Both the position numbers and the translations under genes were made by a program. Below, piece by piece: positions 37,587-45,876 of a stretch of 54,366 nucleotides of DNA. This DNA comes from a virus (taxonomy: Duplodnaviria > Caudoviricetes), in IMG/VR virus record IMGVR_UViG_3300009509_000539, positions 1 through 54,366 of that record; one strand, written 5' to 3'. The notes under the pieces are model-generated. The model searched no databases. It was not told where the DNA came from and saw only the letters and a program-made list of their open reading frames with translations. Positions within the stretch are counted from its first letter, which is position 1. The number at the start of each line of letters is the position of its first letter.

Positions 37587-38753
37587 ATGAACATGGAAAA
37601 AGAAGCCCAAAGAAGATCAGCTCTTAAATGGTTGGGCCGAAAGCTAAACCCGATGGAGTACGTCAGGTACTATGGGTCTGAGGCGTATCGCCGGGTCTCT
37701 GATACCATTGCCGATATCGATAGTGATATGCGGGAACGAGCCAAGGCGGCTAAGTCTGATATGCGCGCCGATCTTCACGAAGCCCGTATGGCTATGAAGA
37801 ACCGAGAGTATCCCAAGGTCATGTATTACTCATGGAAGTTGATTGATGCTTTGGATGGTTTGTTCAATCGTCTAGGGGAATTAGAACAGCTCAGAGCAGA
37901 TATCATTTCAGAGCATTATCAGTCTGATGTGGGTGGTTTGACAAGTACTCAACTATCTGAGATGCAACAAGAGATAGGAGGGATTCCGGAAAACTTGGCT
38001 CCCGGTTCCGTCACCATGCCTAGTACCGCTGAATTTCGTGGATTATTACATGCGGTTGGCGCACCCGATCCCAATATTACTAAAGAAGCTTTATTTAGTG
38101 AGGCTGGTCCTATTCAGTGGTTAAGGGAGAACATTCCTACATACAAGCAGATGGAAGGTTCTTTGCTAGATCGAATTTTCCGCAACAAAATGGGGAAACA
38201 GAAAGAGGCTGCTCGTGCCGCTTTACGAATGGCAGAAAAGTCTTTCAATGCAATGGGTGGAGTATTTGATAAACTAGATAGTTCTAGAGGCGATTTTAGC
38301 GCTTATTTTGAAGCGGCACAGAACTACAAAAATTCACTACAGACACACAAACAGCATCTATCTTCTTTGTATCGAGAGAATTTTTCACAGACTGTAAATC
38401 AGATGCTTGAGGGACAAGAAGAGGCAGGCGCTCCGGAGACCCCCCCACCCCCAACAGAGCAGGCGGCGCAGGAGCCGCCAGCGCAACCAGAACAGCCAGA
38501 ACAGCCGGAAGCACAGGAACAACCTGAAATACCTGATTTAGAGACGCAACCCGCACCCCAGGAGGAACCAATGCAGGAAGCAGCAGCATATGTGGTTGAT
38601 TTAGTAAAGAGAGCTAAGAAAGCCGCCCATAACGGAGATAAAGGAATAGCCTCAGCCCTTCTGGTAAAGGCATCTGAGATTTGCGATGATAACGATGCCA
38701 CTGAACAGAGTATTGTCTTATTGAGAGCAGCCGAAGAAGTATTGAAGGGATAA
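37587..38753 (+). CDS. hypothetical head-region protein
   Basis: GGAG RBS; MEKEAQ start; Pro/Glu/Gln linker. Confidence 0.7.
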   Translation: MNMEKEAQRRSALKWLGRKLNPMEYVRYYGSEAYRRVSDTIADIDSDMRERAKAAKSDMRADLHEARMAMKNREYPKVMYYSWKLIDALDGLFNRLGELEQLRADIISEHYQSDVGGLTSTQLSEMQQEIGGIPENLAPGSVTMPSTAEFRGLLHAVGAPDPNITKEALFSEAGPIQWLRENIPTYKQMEGSLLDRIFRNKMGKQKEAARAALRMAEKSFNAMGGVFDKLDSSRGDFSAYFEAAQNYKNSLQTHKQHLSSLYRENFSQTVNQMLEGQEEAGAPETPPPPTEQAAQEPPAQPEQPEQPEAQEQPEIPDLETQPAPQEEPMQEAAAYVVDLVKRAKKAAHNGDKGIASALLVKASEICDDNDATEQSIVLLRAAEEVLKG

Positions 38754-40225
38754 TGAATCAGCATGATCTCCAATTGCTACGGCACGCCGCATTAGAGCTA
38801 CAAGAGGATAGCGATGATTTAGTGCGCGTAGCGGGAGTGATCCAACGTATCAAAAACTGGTGGAAAGCACGATTCGATGAGGGTTTCCGCGAGCGTCAAG
38901 AAAAAGTAGAGGATGCCTATGATAACATGAAGGGTCCTCTATCTGATCTAATTAAAGAACTACAAGAACTGGATAAGGCATTCAAGAGCCAGAATCCTGA
39001 TGTAGTTGCTCAGCTTGTGGGTCAGGTTCCTGGTACAATCGCCCGCGTGACTCGTGATATGGGCCATCTCAGTAAAGAGATGCGAGCCGCTGATGCAATG
39101 ATTCCTGTGACGTATGTTGATGAAAAAGGGCAGGAAGTTGCTAGTGGTACCTTAGACTGGACCTCTCAAGGATACAGGCAAAACAAAGATGTGGTGCAGA
39201 AGCTTTGGGAACAGCTTCCAACTGAATTTAAAGAGATTCCTATAGGGCAGAAAGTCAACCGTCCTATCACCGATTTTTCCTGGTTTTCTCGTTATGATCC
39301 CAGCAACATAACCGTATCATCAAAAGTCTATAATCAGACACAAGAACAGTTTAGGCAGGGATTGCGGCGCGCCCAAATTCCTGAAGAGGAGATTGATTCC
39401 ATAATCGAATCTGGCTTTAACGATTTTATGGAGAATCTCAAGAACGCTGTACTGAATGATTCGATTCTTGTTCAGGTTAACTTTCCTGGTGTATCTCAAG
39501 ATATTAAACGCCGACCATCCAATCAGATGGTGATAGATGTCAAGCCGGGTTTTGTAGCGATTCCCGTTTCTGGTTACGAAGTTCCCTTACACATCGGGTT
39601 TGTGAGGTTGAATGATATTGGTGCATCGATGCGGCCCAGGCCAGAAATGACAATGGTAATGGTTCGCACAATTACTATCGATCCTCGTACCGTTACACAG
39701 CTCAAACAAGTCTGGAAAGGAGAAGAGACTGAGGCTGAGTTAACCGAGCCTATGATAGAAGAGCCCGAAGACATTACAGAATTCGCTCTACCAGAAGAAG
39801 AACCAGAGACTATTGCATCCGATGGACCAATTACCAAGCTAGTCAAGCGTGCGTTAATAAGACAAAAATGTCCACTTACATGTGCAGTTGTAAAGATAAG
39901 TGGTCAAACTTTGCATCATAAGGCGCGCTTCGCTAAAGTACTTTCCAGTGCTCTTCGACAAGAAATAGATGCGGAATGTTCACCGAGACATCAAGGCGAT
40001 GAGATAGAGGTACAGGTTAAAGTATATGGCAGCAAATTTGTAAGCATACCGGTAATTTATGGCATCTCTAAGTATGTAGCTGATCAATTTTTAGATGCGA
40101 CCAAGGTTGGTGTCGATATCGAGGTGGAGCCTGGTCTATCGACTTTTGGTTTGATGGAATCTGATTTTCTTGATGAGAGCTTTAGGAAAGTAGCTTTTGA
40201 TTATTGGAGAACTCGTGAGTATTGA
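38753..40225 (+). CDS. hypothetical head-region protein
   Basis: 490 aa; LVRVAG near the N-terminus, LVKRA before the C-domain. Confidence 0.7.
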   Translation: MNQHDLQLLRHAALELQEDSDDLVRVAGVIQRIKNWWKARFDEGFRERQEKVEDAYDNMKGPLSDLIKELQELDKAFKSQNPDVVAQLVGQVPGTIARVTRDMGHLSKEMRAADAMIPVTYVDEKGQEVASGTLDWTSQGYRQNKDVVQKLWEQLPTEFKEIPIGQKVNRPITDFSWFSRYDPSNITVSSKVYNQTQEQFRQGLRRAQIPEEEIDSIIESGFNDFMENLKNAVLNDSILVQVNFPGVSQDIKRRPSNQMVIDVKPGFVAIPVSGYEVPLHIGFVRLNDIGASMRPRPEMTMVMVRTITIDPRTVTQLKQVWKGEETEAELTEPMIEEPEDITEFALPEEEPETIASDGPITKLVKRALIRQKCPLTCAVVKISGQTLHHKARFAKVLSSALRQEIDAECSPRHQGDEIEVQVKVYGSKFVSIPVIYGISKYVADQFLDATKVGVDIEVEPGLSTFGLMESDFLDESFRKVAFDYWRTREY

Positions 40226-40529
40226 AAGTGAGCTGGCTAGTATCTGTAAAGATTTGAGAATGCTTGGTGACGATGAGCTTACCAAGAAAGCTCTATGCGC
40301 TTATGCAGCGGCAACGGATACTGAGAATCCTCGGGTTGATCTGAGTTACAGCTACATCATGCGTAAGCTCCGTAAGGGGGATGATGAACGTCGTTTAACA
40401 TTTCAAAGGACCTTCAAAGAGGCTTTTGATCGTGCATTGTACGAAGATGTGGAAGAGCCAGCCAGTCTTGCGTTGATGGTGGCGATGAAGGCGATCGATT
40501 TCAAGGAGGATGAAAAAGAAGATGCCTGA
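40215..40529 (+). CDS. hypothetical protein
   Basis: GTG start after GGAG; LTKKA motif. Confidence 0.65.
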   Translation: MSIESELASICKDLRMLGDDELTKKALCAYAAATDTENPRVDLSYSYIMRKLRKGDDERRLTFQRTFKEAFDRALYEDVEEPASLALMVAMKAIDFKEDEKEDA

Positions 40530-41571
40530 TAGATTTGCTGAAGTTCAGAGAGGTTTGTATCGGGGCGGACGACCGTCGCCGAAGGAACTTTGTATGCTCA
40601 AAGATCTATGGGGTATCAATAAAATAGTTAGCTTAGATGATGAATCAGGTAAAACTATTCAGCCGATGTGTGCTGATTTGGGATTGAACCAGATTATCTG
40701 GGGATTAGGAGACGGTACAGATCCAAAAGTCGCAGCGCTTAAGAAGAGAATTGTTCCTACACTACTCCTTGGTGGGCCGACGTATGTTCATTGTTATCAT
40801 GGTAAGGATCGTACTGGAATGACCATAGCTATGTTCCGTGTCTATAGTGGATGGCCCATAGGCGAAGCTTTGTCGGAGGCTTTCAAGTTCGGTATGGGGA
40901 AAGGTTTATCGCGGGATGTCCGACAGAGCTACTATGATGCGGTAAAAGAATTTGCCCGAGAGCTTACAGAAGATTCAAACAGTGCCATGGATGTAGTGAC
41001 GTTAACTCGACGCACAAATCCATTTGGTCCTAATGGTACCGGGCTTAATGATGCGACTCTTCCACGCGGAGCGCCAATTGGTCCTCTTCCCCCACATGCC
41101 GACCGTGAATTTAGTTTCCTAAGCAGAACGGCACAAGCTCGCCTATATTGTATGTGCAATTCATCCAAGTTATTAAAACCAAAGACATTTTGGTGGAACA
41201 CAGCTGCGGCAGCGATAGCTAATCCCACTGATTCAGATGGTAATTTATTTTCGGCCGGATTATCAGCTGATACTCATATTGAGCGTTTTGACAACCCATT
41301 AGATAAGAATTTAATACATCATATTCTAACTCGGGACATTGATGTTGCGGCTCTTCGTAATGGGCAATATCTGGTGCTTTACCCTGATAGCTTAGTAAAC
41401 ATACAGGAAGAAGGCGATGTTAATGATAATATAATGCCTGAAGTTGGGACGAGAGATAATTCAACTGATTACACATTTGTATATCCTGGAAGTGGTATGG
41501 GAGTGGGAGGGATGCCCCCATCTGCCTCCGGAGTTGTGCAATTGCCATACTCCGGTCCAGGACAAGTCTGA
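40522..41571 (+). CDS. tyrosine/dual-specificity (CX5R) phosphatase with extra C-terminal domain
   Basis: LYRGGRP, GINKIVSL and VHCYHGKDRTG active-site loop. Confidence 0.88.
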   Translation: MPDRFAEVQRGLYRGGRPSPKELCMLKDLWGINKIVSLDDESGKTIQPMCADLGLNQIIWGLGDGTDPKVAALKKRIVPTLLLGGPTYVHCYHGKDRTGMTIAMFRVYSGWPIGEALSEAFKFGMGKGLSRDVRQSYYDAVKEFARELTEDSNSAMDVVTLTRRTNPFGPNGTGLNDATLPRGAPIGPLPPHADREFSFLSRTAQARLYCMCNSSKLLKPKTFWWNTAAAAIANPTDSDGNLFSAGLSADTHIERFDNPLDKNLIHHILTRDIDVAALRNGQYLVLYPDSLVNIQEEGDVNDNIMPEVGTRDNSTDYTFVYPGSGMGVGGMPPSASGVVQLPYSGPGQV

Positions 41572-41575
41572 TAGC

Positions 41576-41597
41576 AATAAGAAGGCATACTGGTTAG
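41576..41597 (+). promoter_or_regulatory. candidate late promoter (AATA-agaag-GCATA..TAG)
   Basis: Best match to the recurring motif, in the intergenic gap before ATG 41606. Confidence 0.5.
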
Positions 41598-41605
41598 GAC
41601 CGAAT

Positions 41606-42241
41606 ATGATTAGTAAAAAAGCTTACTCAGTGCAGATGAATTTCAATGTACCGGAATCTGAAAAGAAGGTTGCGGAAAAGGCTGAGGAGTATTTTGAGCA
41701 GCTTCTGTCTAGGATGGAAGACGTATCCAACTATTTGGATCTTATCTATGTTCCTTTCTCCAAGCATCAGAATTTGGATTCTGAGATGCTTGTTGAGTAT
41801 AGAAGGACATTCCGGCAGTACCGGGATCAAGTCCAGCGGAAATTCAAGGTGATTATGAAGTTGGCATATAGAACCACAGCCTTGATGAACGAATTTAGCA
41901 CAGATTCAGCTACAGAAGAACTAATGAACTCATTTATTGGTTCCGTCCGAGAATTAGAGAAGTATGTTGACACATTTGTGTCAATATTCTCGAATCTAAG
42001 TAGCCCAGAATTTCGAAATCATCTGATTTCTACTGTTGATTCAGTTAAAAAACAGCTAAATCAGATACGCCAGTTAGTCATGGATCGAATTTTGGATCAT
42101 ATAGACAGTAATATTCTGGCAAAGGATTGGGCAAAAGATCTTTCAGATCGGTACGATGAGCCACTTCAAGAACGAGTTCCATTAGTCGTTCAGCTTTATC
42201 GGGAAAGGCAGTTAGCTTTAAAGGAAAGGCCCGAGAGCTAA
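41606..42241 (+). CDS. hypothetical helical protein
   Basis: AGGA RBS; begins MISKKAYSVQ. Confidence 0.7.
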   Translation: MISKKAYSVQMNFNVPESEKKVAEKAEEYFEQLLSRMEDVSNYLDLIYVPFSKHQNLDSEMLVEYRRTFRQYRDQVQRKFKVIMKLAYRTTALMNEFSTDSATEELMNSFIGSVRELEKYVDTFVSIFSNLSSPEFRNHLISTVDSVKKQLNQIRQLVMDRILDHIDSNILAKDWAKDLSDRYDEPLQERVPLVVQLYRERQLALKERPES

Positions 42242-42252
42242 TTGGAGAAATC

Positions 42253-42423
42253 ATGTTGGTAAAAACTGGTGATGCAGAAATTGTTGATGTTTATGACTTG
42301 GAAGAGATCGAAGAAGACAAGCGCAAGTCTGTTCTGACTGCTGCGTTGGATAAGGCGAAGGAGCGTATTTCCGACAAGTCCGCATCAAAAGATGAAAAGA
42401 CTGAAACGGCCACGGAGAATTAA
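42253..42423 (+). CDS. small 56-aa protein (not in ORF track)
   Basis: GGAG RBS; MLVKTGDAEIVDVYDLEEIEEDKRKSVLTAALDKAKERISDKSASKDEKTETATEN*; TAATG-coupled to the protease. Confidence 0.7.
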   Translation: MLVKTGDAEIVDVYDLEEIEEDKRKSVLTAALDKAKERISDKSASKDEKTETATEN

Positions 42424-45400
42424 TGTTAATCAAGCTAGGAGAGGCGGTCGAGATTAGCCCCCAGAACATCACGTCGATAGATAAATTGACGAGTGACACT
42501 GACTTGGACATTGAAAACCGCATGGCCAAGTTTGCACAGGAATTGAAAGTCATTGCTCCACAAGCAAAAGACTTTTTATATTTCACTTGTGTGATGATGC
42601 ATGCAGCTGAGCGTGCATGCATCAACGATGACGGAACTCCTAAGAAACTATCCACTGGTGAAGACATTGTTGGGAGATGGGAGAAGGTAGGTGAAGATAG
42701 TGTAAAGTGGGTCTGTAACGATCCTACTATCCAACCATACAGGAACAATAATCGTGACATCTTCCCTGAGTCTGAACTAAAGGTAGCTTTCAAGAACTGG
42801 GTGGGTTGCCCACTATGCCTCGATCATCAATCCCAATCGGTTGATAAGATTCGGGGCGTTATTGTAGATACAGTCTATGATGATCTCAGAAAGCGAGTTA
42901 TCGCACTCTGTGCTTTAGACGCAAAGAATTATAGCGACCTTGCAGACAAAGTAAAGACTGGTGTAGCGAATAATGTTTCTATGGGCACGGCAGTGGGTCG
43001 TGCCATTTGTTCTGAATGTCATCGCGTCGCCAGGACCGAAAAGGACTTCTGCCAGCACATGCACGCCAAGAGCTGCTACGGCGAAGTCAACTTGGATTTG
43101 AAGCCTATAGAGCTTTCCTTGGTAGTGTCAGGAGCGGATCCTGGAGCCAAGGTAAAGCAGATTATAGCGAGCGATGTCGCAAGGGCCGCAGAGCTACTTT
43201 CTGATTACTTGCAGCTAAAAGAAGCCGCCAAGGGGGTTTCTACGCAAGATTTGGAATCTATAAAGAAAGACCTGGAGACGCTCACGATGAAAATTTCAAA
43301 TATAGCTCGTGACTCCGGTGAAAAGGATGATGAGAGTGAAGCGGTTGGTCCGACTCACTCTAAGTGGTCAATGGAATCAGAGGTAAGCAATGATCCATCG
43401 ACTGAATTGAACGCTCCTTCGAAGCTTCCAATAACTTCAGAGCTTCAGAGATCAATTATGGGAGCATACACGAAATTGGCTAGCTTACAGGAGAATTTGC
43501 TTAGACTATCTACGAATGAGGAACCAACCATGACAACAAAGAACGCATATTTTCAAGGTACCGAAGAGCCTTCTCCGGGACAGAAGAAGTACCCGGTAGA
43601 TCCATTAAACGAAAAAGCCAGGTTGCAGGACAAGCACCTTCATGGTCCGGCTCCTTTCCCGAATGTCGGCCCAGTAGATGGCTCGTACCCTGGTGACGAA
43701 CAGACCAAGAAGGAACTTCAGCGTCTAGCTGATGAGCAGGAGCGGGCTATGTTCCGTGAAGCTGCTTTGAAGAAGGCCAAGGAACAGCTCCAGGCAAAGG
43801 GCTACTTCCTGGGAACTGAAGACCCGAAGCCAGGCGAGACCACATACACCCCAGATCCTTTGAATGAGAAGGCCCGTATGCAGGATAAGCATATGGTTGG
43901 CGCTCCTCCTTTTGAGGGAGTAGGGGACGTAGAAGGTCTGTATGGCGATGACAAAGCTGAGAAGGAGAAGCTCCTTCGTGCTTCGCTTCGTGCGCGCTTC
44001 GAGAAGGTCGCACAGCCAGATGGTCGCATTGATAAGAATGCCTCTCGCTGGATAGTTCTAGCCAATGAGAAGCCAATTCTGGCGGCCACTGTCGAGCAGA
44101 TTACTAAGGGCAATGCCGATGCCCTTTATGATGCAGTAGCTACCGAGCGTTTCGGTAAGAGTCTACTGAAGAGAATCCAGAACGATGGTTTTCATGCCAC
44201 CGCAGAGGCTCTGCTAAAGAATGCCGCTCCCCCAGCGGCAGCTCCTGAAGCACCGCCTCCGGCACCTCCAGAGGCAGCTCCTGAGGCGGCTCCCCCAGCG
44301 GCAGATGAGCTGGGCGATCTTGAGCCACCTGAGGATGTTGGTGGAGAGGCTGGTGATCCAGCAGAGATTGTCGATGATTTGGGTGCTCTAGTCGAAGAGT
44401 TAACGACCAAGCTGGACGATCTAAAGGGCAAGGTCAGTGGTCCTATTGCTGAAGAAGCAGAGGGACTGGGAGAGGTTATACCTGCCGGTGATGAGGAGTT
44501 CGCACCTCCACCAGCAGCAGAAGGAGCACCTCCCGCACCTAAGACTACTGCTCAATTGCAGTCCATGCGCAAGAGAGTAAACGGAATGTTGCAGGAGAAC
44601 ATCGACGAGATCGTTCCTGCTCTCGCAAAGCACATCCGCGAGCTTCACAGCGCACGCAAGGTCTACAAAGAAGCTTATGCTTCCATGAACGACAAACAGC
44701 GTGAATATCTCAATGGCTTGACTGTTTCCGCAGTCAAAGATGCCAAGGTCATATTAGCTGACACCAACAAGCTGATGGAGGCTGTTGTAAAGTATGCTTA
44801 CGGAACAGCTGAGTTGGAGAAGCGCGCTGCTGCCGAAGCCGAAGAAATCAAGAAGGCTGCTGAGCAGAAGACTGAGGGTGAAGTACAGAAGCAGGCTGAC
44901 ATTCGTGATATCCTGGACGAAATCGAGCGTGAATACGAGTCCAAGGATAAGGGTCCAAGCTTGGCTGAATCTCTTGGTCTTGGTGCCAGTGCCGGCGTAC
45001 TTGAGGACACAGGCGACGTGGAAGTGCCGCTACATGCGGTTGAAACAGGAGCAGGAGGCGAACTCGTGGTTAATACAGATAAACTAGCTAGTAAAGAAGC
45101 ACGAGCTACTGCTCGTGTAAAGCTGGCCCAGCAGGGTCTGCTTGGATTTAACGATCTCAGCAATCAGGCCCACCCAGGTGGAAGCGCTGATGCTGTGAGT
45201 GCAGCCAACCTTGATGTCAAGCCATCAGTCCCGGGTTCTGCATTCCACGTATATAAGGATCTCAAGGATGCTATGATGGAGCTGGCTAATATGCCACCTC
45301 GCGTTCGTAAGCAAGCTGAGGTTATTCAGCAGTTGGTATCCGAAGGCCGTATGAAGGCCGAAGATGTTGATAAGCTTGTTTCTCGCGGCGTCGATCCAGA

Positions 45401-45824
45401 TGCAGTCAAGTACTGGAAGGCAATGTGGGGCGAGGCAAAGGATCAGGAAAGCAAGGAATTTGCCGATAAGCTAACTCAGGAGCATGCCAAGGCCAAGCAG
45501 GCTGAGGAGATGGAAACTCACAAGGCACGCATCAAGAGAGCATACCAGATGGCTAACCAGATGGTTGCTAAGGGATACATCAGTGAGTCACAGGTCGATG
45601 CTCAGGCTAGTGATATCATGAAGTGGAACGATGCAGGCTTCGAGAGTTTCAAGGGCATCTTGGCTAAGCAGCCCGTTGTAAAGCAGGCATCCATCCCGAC
45701 CGTGGGTCTTCTGGATTCTGGTTCGGTAATTCTGCCAGCAGCTCAACCAACCGAGCGGGTTGGTAGCACAGATATCAAGGGCTTCTTCGATGACTACTTC
45801 AACAAGAAGGGACTGAAGTTCTAA
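42423..45824 (+). CDS. prohead (capsid maturation) protease fused to scaffold-like region
   Basis: NNNRDIFPESEL, LCLDH, RGVIVD, VSMG (catalytic Ser candidate), CSEC..C.H, IELSLV..GADPGAK, then a long acidic/coiled-coil C-region. Confidence 0.8.
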   Translation: MLIKLGEAVEISPQNITSIDKLTSDTDLDIENRMAKFAQELKVIAPQAKDFLYFTCVMMHAAERACINDDGTPKKLSTGEDIVGRWEKVGEDSVKWVCNDPTIQPYRNNNRDIFPESELKVAFKNWVGCPLCLDHQSQSVDKIRGVIVDTVYDDLRKRVIALCALDAKNYSDLADKVKTGVANNVSMGTAVGRAICSECHRVARTEKDFCQHMHAKSCYGEVNLDLKPIELSLVVSGADPGAKVKQIIASDVARAAELLSDYLQLKEAAKGVSTQDLESIKKDLETLTMKISNIARDSGEKDDESEAVGPTHSKWSMESEVSNDPSTELNAPSKLPITSELQRSIMGAYTKLASLQENLLRLSTNEEPTMTTKNAYFQGTEEPSPGQKKYPVDPLNEKARLQDKHLHGPAPFPNVGPVDGSYPGDEQTKKELQRLADEQERAMFREAALKKAKEQLQAKGYFLGTEDPKPGETTYTPDPLNEKARMQDKHMVGAPPFEGVGDVEGLYGDDKAEKEKLLRASLRARFEKVAQPDGRIDKNASRWIVLANEKPILAATVEQITKGNADALYDAVATERFGKSLLKRIQNDGFHATAEALLKNAAPPAAAPEAPPPAPPEAAPEAAPPAADELGDLEPPEDVGGEAGDPAEIVDDLGALVEELTTKLDDLKGKVSGPIAEEAEGLGEVIPAGDEEFAPPPAAEGAPPAPKTTAQLQSMRKRVNGMLQENIDEIVPALAKHIRELHSARKVYKEAYASMNDKQREYLNGLTVSAVKDAKVILADTNKLMEAVVKYAYGTAELEKRAAAEAEEIKKAAEQKTEGEVQKQADIRDILDEIEREYESKDKGPSLAESLGLGASAGVLEDTGDVEVPLHAVETGAGGELVVNTDKLASKEARATARVKLAQQGLLGFNDLSNQAHPGGSADAVSAANLDVKPSVPGSAFHVYKDLKDAMMELANMPPRVRKQAEVIQQLVSEGRMKAEDVDKLVSRGVDPDAVKYWKAMWGEAKDQESKEFADKLTQEHAKAKQAEEMETHKARIKRAYQMANQMVAKGYISESQVDAQASDIMKWNDAGFESFKGILAKQPVVKQASIPTVGLLDSGSVILPAAQPTERVGSTDIKGFFDDYFNKKGLKF
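43530..45824 (+). CDS. putative nested scaffold protein from an internal in-frame start
   Basis: GAGGA 7 nt before ATG 43530 (MTTKNAYFQG); promoter-like ATTA-tggga-GCATA at 43455-43468. Confidence 0.5.
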   Translation: MTTKNAYFQGTEEPSPGQKKYPVDPLNEKARLQDKHLHGPAPFPNVGPVDGSYPGDEQTKKELQRLADEQERAMFREAALKKAKEQLQAKGYFLGTEDPKPGETTYTPDPLNEKARMQDKHMVGAPPFEGVGDVEGLYGDDKAEKEKLLRASLRARFEKVAQPDGRIDKNASRWIVLANEKPILAATVEQITKGNADALYDAVATERFGKSLLKRIQNDGFHATAEALLKNAAPPAAAPEAPPPAPPEAAPEAAPPAADELGDLEPPEDVGGEAGDPAEIVDDLGALVEELTTKLDDLKGKVSGPIAEEAEGLGEVIPAGDEEFAPPPAAEGAPPAPKTTAQLQSMRKRVNGMLQENIDEIVPALAKHIRELHSARKVYKEAYASMNDKQREYLNGLTVSAVKDAKVILADTNKLMEAVVKYAYGTAELEKRAAAEAEEIKKAAEQKTEGEVQKQADIRDILDEIEREYESKDKGPSLAESLGLGASAGVLEDTGDVEVPLHAVETGAGGELVVNTDKLASKEARATARVKLAQQGLLGFNDLSNQAHPGGSADAVSAANLDVKPSVPGSAFHVYKDLKDAMMELANMPPRVRKQAEVIQQLVSEGRMKAEDVDKLVSRGVDPDAVKYWKAMWGEAKDQESKEFADKLTQEHAKAKQAEEMETHKARIKRAYQMANQMVAKGYISESQVDAQASDIMKWNDAGFESFKGILAKQPVVKQASIPTVGLLDSGSVILPAAQPTERVGSTDIKGFFDDYFNKKGLKF
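43545..43980 (+). repeat. diverged tandem protein repeat (about 60 aa, 85-aa period) in protease/scaffold
   Basis: AYFQGTEEP..YPVDPLNEKARLQDKH..APFP.VG.VDG.Y vs GYFLGTEDP..YTPDPLNEKARMQDKH..PPFEGVG.VEGLY. Confidence 0.9.
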
Positions 45825-45830
45825 ATCAAC

Positions 45831-45864
45831 TGAGGAGGGCGGGGCTTAGGCCCCGCCATACTCA
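45831..45864 (+). promoter_or_regulatory. GC-rich stem-loop without U-tract after the protease/scaffold gene
   Basis: GGCGGGGC-ttag-GCCCCGCC, flanked by TGAG/CTCA. Confidence 0.6.
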
Positions 45865-45876
45865 TAAGAGGTTATT

